From: Parcubacteria bacterium C7867-001
GTDB taxonomy: Bacteria; Patescibacteriota; Minisyncoccia; Phycocordibacterales; Phycocordibacteraceae
Reading direction: 5' to 3'
DNA: 64,000 nucleotides
NCBI GenBank assembly: GCA_001189095.1
Contig: LFCK01000001.1
Span: 149,251 to 213,250, forward strand
How positions within the stretch are numbered: position 1 is the first letter of the stretch; each line of letters starts with the position of its first letter. This document shows, piece by piece, positions 10,371-19,019 of this stretch. The notes under the pieces were generated by a model. The model had not been told where the DNA came from. It was given only the letters and a program-made list of their open reading frames with translations, and did no database searches. The position numbers and the translations under genes are program-made.

Positions 10371-10404
10371 TGCTAAGCTGCCCGACGGAAGAAAGGAGAA
10401 CGAC

Positions 10405-10701
10405 ATGTTTTCGGTCGAACATATCGATACGGACCGGGTGCTCGCACCCGGTGAACGCGTTATTTACTTCAGAGGCTATCTCGCCAAGTACCAACTCGGC
10501 ACGTATGGCGTGGCTGGCGTGAATCGCGAGTGGGCGTGGAAGCAGCACCGCGAAGGCCGTGCCATCCTCGTGCAGCGGCGCATGGGGCCGAATGATTTCG
10601 AATACATCGCTATTGGCCGAGCGCGTCCTGAGCGCAAGGACAATGTCGTCGACATCAAGAAGCGGCCGTACAATCGTGAACGTCGCCTTCCGGAACTGTA
10701 A
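10405..10701 (+). CDS. Hypothetical protein (98 aa)
   Basis: AAAGGAG SD 7 nt upstream of the ATG. Followed by a strong hairpin terminator at 10728-10748. Confidence 0.55.
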   Translation: MFSVEHIDTDRVLAPGERVIYFRGYLAKYQLGTYGVAGVNREWAWKQHREGRAILVQRRMGPNDFEYIAIGRARPERKDNVVDIKKRPYNRERRLPEL

Positions 10702-10727
10702 GTTCCAGTTTTCAGAAAATAACGGGC

Positions 10728-10800
10728 GCCGCGTAGCGGCGCCCGTTTTCTAAAACCTCTAAAATCGAAGTTTGTTAATTACGGGCGCCGCTACGCGGCG
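10728..10800 (+). terminator. Two copies of the same 9-bp-stem GC hairpin (gggcgccgc-NNN-gcggcgccc) 52 nt apart in inverted orientation, each followed by a T-tract
   Basis: 10728-10748 has loop gta and 10780-10800 has loop tac. The second is the exact reverse complement of the first. Confidence 0.6.
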
Positions 10801-10820
10801 CCCGTGTTATTTTTAGCGTA

Positions 10821-11354
10821 ATGAGGGGCTTTGCTGATCCTAAAGAGAACATTCTCCATCTCGGTCTGCGCGACGGGAATCGCGTTGCGGATCTTGGCGC
10901 GGGAAGCGGTCACTACGCGCTTGCGGCAGCCGCCATCGTGGGGCACGACGGCAAGGTGTACGCGATAGATCTTCAAGAAGACATTCTCACGCGTCTAAAA
11001 AATGAAGCGGAGCATCGCAAATTACGGAACGTCGACATCATCTGGAGCGACTTCGAAAAAGCAGGAGGCACAAAGCTTCGCGACAACACTATCGATGCAG
11101 TCATCCTTTCAAACACGCTCTTTCAGCTTTCGAAAAAGGAAAGTGCTATCGCCGAAATAAAGCGCATCCTGAAGCCGGGAGGGAAGTTGCTTGTCATCGA
11201 TTGGGCGGGTGCGTATGGCGGGATGGGTCCCGCACCGCACCATGTGGTTCCTGAACGAACTGCGGAAGAATTGTTTATCAATGGTGGTTTCCATAAGGTA
11301 AAATCAGTACGAGGCGGCCCGCACCACTACTCCTTACTTTTCACTTGTCCATGA
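10821..11354 (+). CDS. Class I SAM-dependent methyltransferase
   Basis: Motif I VADLGAGSGHYAL and post-I acidic residue (YAIDLQEDIL). 177 aa. Confidence 0.8.
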   Translation: MRGFADPKENILHLGLRDGNRVADLGAGSGHYALAAAAIVGHDGKVYAIDLQEDILTRLKNEAEHRKLRNVDIIWSDFEKAGGTKLRDNTIDAVILSNTLFQLSKKESAIAEIKRILKPGGKLLVIDWAGAYGGMGPAPHHVVPERTAEELFINGGFHKVKSVRGGPHHYSLLFTCP

Positions 11355-12646
11355 GACCTTTCCAAACCAGCATAATTGCAGTATTCATCATTTTCGCGCT
11401 GCTCGGTCTCTTCGTCTTTGCGACCTATAGCGGCTTTGGCGGCAGCAAGACTTCGGTGGGGAAGATACAAATCTGGGGCACGCTTCCTCAGGACGGCATG
11501 GATCAGGCAATCAGCATTCTCTCGCAAGCGAATAAAGACTATAAGGACATAACCTACAAGCAGTATCCTGCCGCATCCTTTGATGCGGAGCTCGCGAATG
11601 CTATTGCCTCGGGTGCGGGTCCTGATCTCATCATCATTACGCAGGAGCAGTTGCTCTTGGAGGCTTCAAAGCTCACCACTGTTTCCTTCAAGACGCTTCC
11701 GCAGCGTACCTATGTAAATACGTACATTCCCGAAGCGTCGCTCTTCCTTGGTGCTGATGGAACGTACGGCGTTCCGTATGTCGTCGATCCGCTCGTAATG
11801 TATTTCAATGAATCCATGCTTGCGTCTGCCGGTGTCGCGACACCGCCGACTTCGTGGGAAGCTGTGAATGCTCTTGCGCCGAAGCTCACTAAGCAATCTG
11901 CAAACCAAACCATCACGAAGAGTGCGGTCGCTTTCGGAGGTTATGGAAACGTGAACAACGCGCGTGCAATCGTTTCGCTCCTTTTGCTCCAATCGGGCAA
12001 TCAAATTTCCCAGCAAGCTTCGCAAGGTATGCGTTCAACGCTCTCAGATGCGCCGTCGGGCACCTTCGGTGCTTCTCCGGCGGAAGCGTCGCTCAATTTC
12101 TACACGCAGTTCGCAAATCCCTCGAAGACCACCTACTCGTGGAATGCGTCGCTACCGTCTGCGCGCCAAGCATTCCTCTCGGGCGATCTCGCGCTCTATT
12201 TCGGCTTTGCTTCCGAGCGCCCGTTCCTCGAAGAAGCGAACCCGAATCTTCGCTTCGACATGGCGCGGGTGCCGCAGCCGGCAGCCGCGAGCTCAAGAAT
12301 TTCTTACGCGAACCTCTACGCATTCGCGGTACCGAAGGCTTCGAAGAATCCTACCGGCGCCTACAAGACGGCGCTCGCGCTGACCGATACGGATCCGCTT
12401 CTCGCCGCGGCCTACGGCATGGGACTCGCACCCGCAAAACGTGCGCTGCTTTCTCCAGCAACAGATGATCTTTTCGGTCCAGTCTTTTATCCAGAAGCAC
12501 TCACTGCGCAGGGCTGGCTGTCCCCAGCGCCTGCAAGTACGGACCGCATCTTTGCCGGTATGATAGACACTGTAGTCACCGGCAGGGGCGATTCGCAGGA
12601 CGCGCTTCAATCCGCCGAACAATCATTCAATGCTGCATTCCGCTAA
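11345..12646 (+). CDS. Membrane-anchored extracellular solute-binding protein (ABC-transporter SBP-like)
   Basis: N-terminal TM anchor (IIAVFIIFALLGLFVFA). 433 aa with overall SBP-like composition (WEAVNALAPKL..., GYGNVNN...). Family assignment by resemblance only. Confidence 0.6.
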   Translation: MSMRPFQTSIIAVFIIFALLGLFVFATYSGFGGSKTSVGKIQIWGTLPQDGMDQAISILSQANKDYKDITYKQYPAASFDAELANAIASGAGPDLIIITQEQLLLEASKLTTVSFKTLPQRTYVNTYIPEASLFLGADGTYGVPYVVDPLVMYFNESMLASAGVATPPTSWEAVNALAPKLTKQSANQTITKSAVAFGGYGNVNNARAIVSLLLLQSGNQISQQASQGMRSTLSDAPSGTFGASPAEASLNFYTQFANPSKTTYSWNASLPSARQAFLSGDLALYFGFASERPFLEEANPNLRFDMARVPQPAAASSRISYANLYAFAVPKASKNPTGAYKTALALTDTDPLLAAAYGMGLAPAKRALLSPATDDLFGPVFYPEALTAQGWLSPAPASTDRIFAGMIDTVVTGRGDSQDALQSAEQSFNAAFR

Positions 12647-12656
12647 TATTTTCTCC

Positions 12657-13376
12657 ATGAGGAACTTCATTCTTGCGTTCGCTCTTTTGTTGGCGGTGTT
12701 CTTTTCTCTTGGTATTCCTGCGTACGCTGCTGTCGGTACCGATAAAGATCCTGCGTGTCCGACGGGCGACCCGAAGACCTGTCCTTTTCCGGGCTCTCAA
12801 GTCTGTGAGACGGGAACTAATCGATGTATTGATAGTGGAAGCTGCGATTCTTCCAATGGTTCTTGTGATCCAAAATATGCTGCTAAAACTCAGACGGTCG
12901 GCGACGGGGAATCCTGCACAAACAACGGGATGCAAAAGTGTACACCTCCCGCAACCTGCAAGATTCAGCTGGGTCATTCAATCGGTAAATGCGTCGCTCC
13001 TGCTTCAGCTGCAGGTCAGACCTCGACTGACGTAAGTCCCGATGGCCAAGTCTCTCCAGAAACAAGCACAGGCGGTCAAAAGTCTCCTGATGTGACAACA
13101 AAGGGGAGTGGAGGGAAGCTCGAAAACCCACTCAATAACATTGATTCCCTCGAGGGTCTTCTCATGGCAGTTCTTCGCGCTGCCGTGACTCTCGGCTCTA
13201 TTCTCCTTGTCGTGGCAATCGTCTGGGTTGGCGCGCAGTTCGTCTTTGCGCAGGGTCAAGAAGAGAAGATACGTGAGGCGCGTAAGGCGCTCATGTGGAC
13301 CGTCATCGGCGGCCTCGTGCTTCTTGGTGCTGAAGCTATATCGATCGTCATTCAGGCGACCGTATCGACCTTATGA
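12657..13376 (+). CDS. Secreted Cys-rich protein with C-terminal T4SS-pilin-like (TrbC/VirB2-like) two-helix domain
   Basis: Signal peptide MRNFILAFALLLAVFFSLGIPAYA. About 14 Cys in the N-terminal half. C-terminal helix - QGQEEKIREARKAL - helix resembles the downstream paralogues. Confidence 0.65.
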   Translation: MRNFILAFALLLAVFFSLGIPAYAAVGTDKDPACPTGDPKTCPFPGSQVCETGTNRCIDSGSCDSSNGSCDPKYAAKTQTVGDGESCTNNGMQKCTPPATCKIQLGHSIGKCVAPASAAGQTSTDVSPDGQVSPETSTGGQKSPDVTTKGSGGKLENPLNNIDSLEGLLMAVLRAAVTLGSILLVVAIVWVGAQFVFAQGQEEKIREARKALMWTVIGGLVLLGAEAISIVIQATVSTL

Positions 13377-13636
13377 GTTTCGCTGAGCTTGTGGGGAATG
13401 TCATTGTTCCAATTGTGGACGGAGCTATCATTCCGCTTCTCTACGCGCTCTCCTTCATTTTCTTTCTCTACGGGGTAGTGAAATATTTCTTCCTTGCTGG
13501 CGAGGAGGCAAAGAACGAAGGGAAGACCTATGCCATTTTCGGCCTCGTTGGCCTCGTGGTGCTTTTTTCTGTCTGGGGCTTTGTTCGCCTCATTCTCCAC
13601 TCTTTTCTCGATTACGCGCTGCCGTTCGGGCTCTAA
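13373..13636 (+). CDS. T4SS-pilin-like small membrane protein (paralogue 1)
   Basis: Two hydrophobic helices flanking AGEEAKNEGKTYAIFGLVGL. Start codon overlaps the previous stop. 87 aa. Confidence 0.75.
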   Translation: MSFAELVGNVIVPIVDGAIIPLLYALSFIFFLYGVVKYFFLAGEEAKNEGKTYAIFGLVGLVVLFSVWGFVRLILHSFLDYALPFGL

Positions 13637-13687
13637 GCGCTGGGCATAACGTCTTGTTCCTTCATATTCCGCTGCTACCATAGACCT

Positions 13688-14071
13688 ATGGCCACCTCAT
13701 CACTTCCTGCAGCCCTCGTCCTCACGCTCGGTCAGCCGACCGTCTGGGGTCTTATCGGACAAATCATCGCGATCATCGATCAGGTGCTCGTGCCGCTCCT
13801 TTTCGCGGTCGCGTTCATTGTCTTCATTTACGGTGTTTACCAGTACTTCATTGCGGGTGGTGCCGATGAGGAGAAGCGAAAGAAAGGCCGTGAGCTCGTC
13901 ATGTATGGCCTTATTGGCTTCTTTATCATGATTACTGTCTGGGGTCTCGTGAACGTGCTTGTGGCGTCGCTCGGCTTCGGCTCGCAGAGCCGTCCTGCAC
14001 TCCCATGCTTCACGGGCTACTGCTCAGGAGGTGGTAGCGGCATAAACGTCAATATCAACATACCGCTCTAG
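13688..14071 (+). CDS. T4SS-pilin-like small membrane protein (paralogue 2)
   Basis: Core LVPLLFAVAFIVFIYGVYQYFIAGGADEEKRKKGRELVMYGLIGFFIMITVWGLVNVL. Gly-rich C-terminal tail. Confidence 0.75.
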   Translation: MATSSLPAALVLTLGQPTVWGLIGQIIAIIDQVLVPLLFAVAFIVFIYGVYQYFIAGGADEEKRKKGRELVMYGLIGFFIMITVWGLVNVLVASLGFGSQSRPALPCFTGYCSGGGSGINVNINIPL

Positions 14072-14132
14072 AAGGGATTGACGCTGGGTTCCGGCAGACT
14101 ATCCTGTATCTATAGATTCTTAACATTCGCTC

Positions 14133-14489
14133 ATGAAAAAAATTGCTTATTTGGGTTCGATGCTCGCGCTCCCGATGCTCGCGTTTGCGGCAATCGGTAG
14201 CATTCAAGATCTCGGAAACTTCTTTATAAATCTCATCAACACGGTGCTCGTGCCGCTCGTGTTCGCGCTCGCCTTCATCGTGTTCATCTGGGGCGTGTTC
14301 ATGTACTTCATTCAGGGCGGCGCCGATGAAGAGAAGCGCGAAAAGGGCCGTGTGCTCATGCTCTACGGTATCGTCGGCTTCTTCCTCATGGTCTCGGTTT
14401 GGGGTCTTGTGAACATCCTCATCGGTACGTTCAACCTCAACAACACGACCGGTCCTTCTTCCGGCTTCCCGCAAGCTCCGACCAAATAA
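14133..14489 (+). CDS. T4SS-pilin-like small membrane protein (paralogue 3)
   Basis: Signal peptide, then LVPLVFALAFIVFIWGVFMYFIQGGADEEKREKGRVLMLYGIVGFFLMVSVWGLVNIL. Nearly identical core to paralogue 2. Confidence 0.8.
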   Translation: MKKIAYLGSMLALPMLAFAAIGSIQDLGNFFINLINTVLVPLVFALAFIVFIWGVFMYFIQGGADEEKREKGRVLMLYGIVGFFLMVSVWGLVNILIGTFNLNNTTGPSSGFPQAPTK

Positions 14490-14585
14490 CACTCTCCTAA
14501 GAAAAACGCGCCGCGCATGCGGCGCGTTTTTCTTATACCCATTCTCTTGCGCACTCGAGCGCTACGCGGTTTATACTAAAGCTAT

Positions 14586-14849
14586 ATGGAAAGCGATCCG
14601 TTCACAGAATTTTTGACGAAAGTCGCCGCGGCTATCATTGACCCCTTGATTACGCTCATCGCACTCGCAGCATTCGTGGTGTTTGTGTGGGGTGTTGTCG
14701 ATTATGTGCGTGGGGCAGGAGACGCGGAGAAGCGAAAAGCGGGGCAGCAGCACATGATCTGGGGCATCATTGGTCTCGCAGTCCTTTTCGGCGCGCGCGC
14801 TATAGTGCAAATTCTCATTGCGACGTTAAACCAGACCCTCGGAGGATAA
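14586..14849 (+). CDS. T4SS-pilin-like small membrane protein (paralogue 4)
   Basis: Core FVVFVWGVVDYVRGAGDAEKRKAGQQHMIWGIIGLAVLFGARAIV. Own promoter-like TTGCGC - 18 nt - TATACT (14548-14577) and an upstream hairpin terminator (14503-14532). Confidence 0.7.
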   Translation: MESDPFTEFLTKVAAAIIDPLITLIALAAFVVFVWGVVDYVRGAGDAEKRKAGQQHMIWGIIGLAVLFGARAIVQILIATLNQTLGG

Positions 14850-14896
14850 AAAGAAAGCCGCGCTCATTGAGCGCGGCTTGTAGTTTTTCGAGGTAG

Positions 14897-15457
14897 CTAT
14901 TCCTCTTCTTCCTCGTCGTCCGATTCGGATTCCTCCTCCTCGTCCGTCGATTCGTCTTCGGTAGCTGCGCCCGTGTTGCATTGTTCTGCGAGGTTGTACC
15001 CCACCGTAACCGGACGATCCCCGTCGAGGCCGACGAACATCATCTCGGTCACAACCGAGCCGGATTCCGCGAGACGGATGTCCCGGAAGCCGCCCGTACG
15101 CAAATCCTTGTAGAGGAGCTGGTACGACGCGTGCTGGTTCTCGGGTGATTGATACGGAAGGTCGAAGCAGAATCTGAGCTTCGTCCCGCCATCTTCTTGG
15201 CCGATCGAGGTCGTGCCGTTCTTGTTGAACGTGCAGTACCGATGTTCCCGAGAGAACGAAGGGCACACGACCTGCGCAATTGAGGTTGCTTGTTCGTCGG
15301 TAGAAGCCGTTTTTTTCGGCGACGTGTCGGAAAGAGCGAACCAAAATAGGGCTCCTGCGACAAGTACAACGCTCGCGATGAGAAGCGGGACGAACATCGG
15401 GATTTTCCCTTTGCCGCCCTTTTCCTCACCGCCTTTCTTCTTGTGGTCGTCACTCAT
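14897..15457 (-). CDS. Membrane-anchored protein with poly-acidic C-terminal tail
   Basis: AAAGGAG SD. One TM helix, then a Cys-containing ectodomain and the tail TEDESTDEEEESESDDEEEEE. Start overlaps the stop of the upstream SPFH gene by 1 nt (TAATG). Confidence 0.6.
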   Translation of the reverse strand: MSDDHKKKGGEEKGGKGKIPMFVPLLIASVVLVAGALFWFALSDTSPKKTASTDEQATSIAQVVCPSFSREHRYCTFNKNGTTSIGQEDGGTKLRFCFDLPYQSPENQHASYQLLYKDLRTGGFRDIRLAESGSVVTEMMFVGLDGDRPVTVGYNLAEQCNTGAATEDESTDEEEESESDDEEEEE

Positions 15458-16466
15458 TACGAGTCTCCTTTCGATTTGTCGCGGCCGCTAAGTCCGGCAG
15501 CGATCGCTGTTCCGATTATGGATGCTGCGTCTTTAAGGCCAGCAATGTTGACGGTCTGCGTGGTTGAGGGACGATCTGGTGTCACGATCGAATGGGCTTG
15601 GCCCATTGCGGTGACAGGATCGACGCCTTTTGCAACGAAGCCGTCCATGCTCTTTTCGAAGGTTGCTTGGAGTTTTACTCGGGCCTCCTCACGCTTTTCC
15701 GCTTCCGCGATTTCGGATGCGGCAGCTGTGACGTTTTCCGGTAGATCGAAGTTAGGAATCGCGACACTGGTGATCTCGATTCCCCAAGGATGGGCTTCGC
15801 CCTTTTCACTACCGTACTGTATATCCGGCGGGTCCTTGGTTACTTTTAGGATCTCACAGTCGTAGCCGTTCGAGCGTTTCTGCAGATGTTCAGTGATGAT
15901 TTTCTTGAGCGCTTCTGCCGGTTTGGAACCGACAAAATCCTCAAGATTGTCACATTCGCGACCAAACGCTCGCGCGACTTGGCTAACGTCCGATTTTATC
16001 CCTTGCTCGGGGTCGGCGAGGTTGCCGAAGTGGAACAGCCCACCGACGCGAGGTCGCCAAAAGATGTTGACCTCGGTCTTGATAATGGTGTCGTCGCCGA
16101 CTTCAATCTGGACTACTTGATCGCCCGCCATTTTGATCGGGCGTTCTTTCATCGAGATGTGCTCGACGCCTTGGATGTTGAACCACTTCAGAATCCAGTG
16201 CTGGCCTTCGACCAATTCCTGACCTTTCTGCCGAGTTCCGAACGAAAGAAGAATCCCGCGTTCAGTAGTCGGAATATAGACCAAGTTGCTGTTCCATACG
16301 GCTACCCACACAAAAGGGGCAGCGGCAAGTCCAGCGAGGATGCTTATCGGATAGAGGTGTAACACCTTACCCGCTACAGTTATTGCTGCTGCCGACAAAA
16401 GGGCAACGGCAGTAGAGAAGAGTGCTCCGGTCACTAAGGTGCCGTTGCGCTCCATGCTATGGGCCA
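15457..16466 (-). CDS. SPFH / band-7 (stomatin-prohibitin-flotillin-HflK/C) domain membrane protein
   Basis: N-terminal TM helices followed by TTERGILLSFGTRQKGQELVEGQHWILKWFNIQGVEHISMKERPI... (the ERGxVxxFG SPFH start). AGGAGG SD upstream of MAHSME. Confidence 0.75.
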
Positions 16467-16553
16467 TAGGACCCTCCTGTTGGTTAATTCGTACCTCGGT
16501 TCTCAAGGTACTTCTGGTACTAAATTAAACAGAAATTACGCTAAAGTCAAGTG

Positions 16554-16637
16554 TGCCGAGGGTGGGAATCGAACCCACACGAACTTTCGTTCACGACGGT
16601 TTAAGCGTCGCGTGTCTACCAATTCCACCACCTCGGC
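16554..16637 (-). tRNA. tRNA-Leu (anticodon TAA)
   Basis: Cloverleaf folded by hand. Acceptor gccgagg/cctcggc. Anticodon stem cgacg/cgtcg with loop cttaaac. Long variable arm. T-loop ggttcgattcc. Confidence 0.85.
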
Positions 16638-16784
16638 AATTTCTACAGGGTACTCGGATACCCCTTCCGTATCAAATGCTTTATTGTTAGGATTGCTAAC
16701 ATTGCGCCCATATGGAAATTCCCATATGGCCGCTCGTTCGGCGCAAAAGAATGATACGTAGTATCATTCTTTTGACCTCACTTT

Positions 16785-16857
16785 GCGCCCATAGCTCAGT
16801 TGGTAGAGCAACTGCCTCTTAAGCAGTGGGTCCCAGGTTCGAGCCCTGGTGGGCGCA
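16785..16857 (+). tRNA. tRNA-Lys (anticodon CTT)
   Basis: Acceptor gcgccca/tgggcgc. D-arm gctcagttggtagagc. Anticodon stem actgc/gcagt with loop ctcttaa. T-loop ggttcgagccc. Followed by a long perfect hairpin terminator (16858-16902). Confidence 0.9.
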
Positions 16858-16910
16858 CAAAGACAGAAAAACCTGCCCTGCGGCAGGTTTTTCTGTCTTT
16901 GTGCGAGCCG

Positions 16911-16975
16911 CAGCCATGTTTTGTCAGTAGACAAAACGGCGAGGCGGGATCGCGGAATTTTGCGAGTGTCGACGA
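16911..16975 (+). repeat. Copy A of a ~65-nt conserved non-coding element (gttttgtcagYagacaaaacSgcgaggcgg ... gagtgtcgacgag)
   Basis: Second copy at 61110-61174 with the same two conserved blocks and a variable middle. Both copies sit next to tRNA sequence. Confidence 0.6.
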
Positions 16976-17003
16976 GCAAAAGATCTGTGATCACAAAATC
17001 CAG

Positions 17004-17085
17004 TGCCGAGGAGAGGACTCGAACCTCCATCCCTTGCGGGGCCTGCTCCTAAGGCAGGTGCGTCTACCAATTTCGCCACCTCGGC
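17004..17085 (-). tRNA. tRNA-Leu (anticodon TAG)
   Basis: Acceptor gccgagg/cctcggc. Anticodon stem cctgc/gcagg with loop cttagga. Long variable arm. T-loop ggttcgagtcc. Confidence 0.85.
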
Positions 17086-17092
17086 AATCTTG

Positions 17093-17164
17093 AGGCCCGA
17101 ACGGGAATTGAACCCGTGCATAGCGGGTTTGCAATCCGCCGCGTTACCACTTCGCCATCGGGCC
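17093..17164 (-). tRNA. tRNA-Cys (anticodon GCA)
   Basis: Acceptor ggcccga/tcgggcc. Anticodon loop ttgcaaa. T-loop ggttcaattcc. Confidence 0.8.
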
Positions 17165-17202
17165 GTTTTTAGATACTAGCGCGCAGTCGCACGTTTTGCT
17201 AC

Positions 17203-17526
17203 CTAGAGATCCTTGGAAATATCGTCCAAGTGCTGGCGATTTTTCTCGCCGTAGTCAATCGCGAAGCGGACGCGCGGAAGAATAGGGAAGCGTGCTTGCT
17301 GCTTTAAATAATCACGGAAAAGGTCTTGGTGGCGAATGAGGAAGGCAAGCACGTGCTCTTCTTCGCCGTCAGGGAAAACGCTTACATAAATAGTTGCGTT
17401 CTTGCGATCACTCGCAAATTCCGCGCGCGTCGGGGTGATAAGCGTACCGCGACCAGCCTCGCGGGAAATGTATTCAGCTGCGAGGTGGATAAGAATGGAA
17501 TTCGCTCGGTCGTCGCGGATGCTCAT
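17203..17526 (-). CDS. rbfA: Ribosome-binding factor A
   Basis: 107 aa directly downstream of infB in the conserved infB-rbfA order. Sequence consistent with the RbfA KH-like family (RANSILIHLAAEYI...IRHQDLFRDYL...LPRVRF). Confidence 0.75.
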   Translation of the reverse strand: MSIRDDRANSILIHLAAEYISREAGRGTLITPTRAEFASDRKNATIYVSVFPDGEEEHVLAFLIRHQDLFRDYLKQQARFPILPRVRFAIDYGEKNRQHLDDISKDL

Positions 17527-17528
17527 GG

Positions 17529-19001
17529 CTATGATTGCGTGATGCGGAACGCGACGAGATAGTCACCGGCTGCCGGCTCCGTCTTGCTCTCCATCTCGGC
17601 ACCAAACTCGCCTTCTTTAACGTCCTTCACGTCTGCACGAGCGACTTGGAGATTCGTTATCTTGCCCTTGTCGAGCTCGATATCGCGACGCGTAAGTTTA
17701 ACTTGGTCGCCAAGCGAAAGGACGCCGGACTCTACGCGTGCGCCGATGACCTGTGTGTTACCGCTTCGGTTGAATGTTTTGAGGATTTTTACCTGTGCAA
17801 GGATTTCTTCCTTCTGCACTTTTGGTGCTCGTTCGGTAAGAAGGTCGGCGACGCGTTTATTAAGCTCGTAGATGATCGTAAAGGTTTCTATAGAAATGCC
17901 GCTGCGGTCCGCGAGGTCGCGTGCGGAAGAATCGACATCGACATGAAAGCCAATGACGATGCCTTGCGCTGCCTGCGCGGTCTTCACATCATTTTCTGAA
18001 ACTGAACCAACCCCCGAGCTGATGACGCGCAATGCCGCGTTCTCGTGCTCGATTTTCGAAAGTTCGTAAAGAATGGCGTCGAGGCTTCCCGTCACGTCCG
18101 CCTTGATAACGAGCGGGAGATTCGTTTTGTCGCCAACAGCCTGCATTTCTGCGCGGGAAGCGAGTGCGGCAGCAGCGGATGCGATTTTTTCTGCTTCCTT
18201 TTTATTTGCAGCGACGGTGAAGGGTGTGCCGGGAGGAGGAACCACGGAGAATCCGGATACGGAAACAGGCTCGGACGCTTTTCCCTCGGTAATGCGATTA
18301 CCGGCAAAGTCTTCGATGAAGCGAATAGGCGCGAAAGCGGTATCGGCAACCACAAAGGCGCCGGTGGAAAGAGTTCCTTCCTTGATGATGAGTGTCGCTG
18401 AAAGGCCGCGTTTCGGGTCCTGCGTTGATTCAAGGATGAATCCTTCTGCAGGAAGGGTAAGGTCGCAGGTGAGTTCCGCGAGGTCCGCCGTGAGGAGAAC
18501 GAGGTCGAGGAGTTCGGGAACGCCTTCACCTGATTTCGAAGACACGCCTGCAAAAGAAATCGATCCACCAAGTCCTTCCAGATAAATACCAGCCTCAAGC
18601 GCGGAAATCTTTGCGCGCTCTACATCGGCACCGTTCTTGTCTATCTTGGTGAAGGCGACGACGAACGGAATGCCAGACTCCATGATGGCGTCATAGGATT
18701 CCTTGGTTTGCGGCTTTACGCCTTCGTCTGCAGCGATAACGAGCACGGCGACGTCTGCAGCTTTCGCGCCGCGGGAACGAAGCGCGCGGAAGGCTTCGTG
18801 TCCGGGGGTATCAAGGAAGGTAATGCGGCGTTTCGTGCCTTCGTGCTCGTGTTCTGCGACATAGGCAGAGACGTGCTGGGTAATGCCACCCGCTTCAGTA
18901 GCGGTTACATTTGCTTTGCGGATGTAGTCGAGCAGGGAGGATTTCCCGTGGTCGACGTGACCCATAACAGCAACAATAGGCGGACGAGGAGTGCGAGCCA
19001 T
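17529..19001 (-). CDS. infB: Translation initiation factor IF-2 (short form lacking N-terminal extension)
   Basis: G-domain [34 protein letters not shown]-terminal domains present. Start taken at MARTPRPP directly before the G domain. ~490 aa. Confidence 0.9.
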   Translation of the reverse strand: MARTPRPPIVAVMGHVDHGKSSLLDYIRKANVTATEAGGITQHVSAYVAEHEHEGTKRRITFLDTPGHEAFRALRSRGAKAADVAVLVIAADEGVKPQTKESYDAIMESGIPFVVAFTKIDKNGADVERAKISALEAGIYLEGLGGSISFAGVSSKSGEGVPELLDLVLLTADLAELTCDLTLPAEGFILESTQDPKRGLSATLIIKEGTLSTGAFVVADTAFAPIRFIEDFAGNRITEGKASEPVSVSGFSVVPPPGTPFTVAANKKEAEKIASAAAALASRAEMQAVGDKTNLPLVIKADVTGSLDAILYELSKIEHENAALRVISSGVGSVSENDVKTAQAAQGIVIGFHVDVDSSARDLADRSGISIETFTIIYELNKRVADLLTERAPKVQKEEILAQVKILKTFNRSGNTQVIGARVESGVLSLGDQVKLTRRDIELDKGKITNLQVARADVKDVKEGEFGAEMESKTEPAAGDYLVAFRITQS

Positions 19002-19019
19002 AGTATTAAGGAGTACACC

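Noticed and set aside
16764-17121. ORFs 16764-17030 (-), 16800-17093 (+), 16849-17052 (+), 16924-17121 (-) and the similar ORFs at 61027-61389 / 61055-61237
   Set aside because: They run through tRNA genes and the conserved 65-nt repeat. The shared peptide fragments (LSVDKTARR / LSADKTARR) reflect nucleotide-level repeat conservation, not protein coding.
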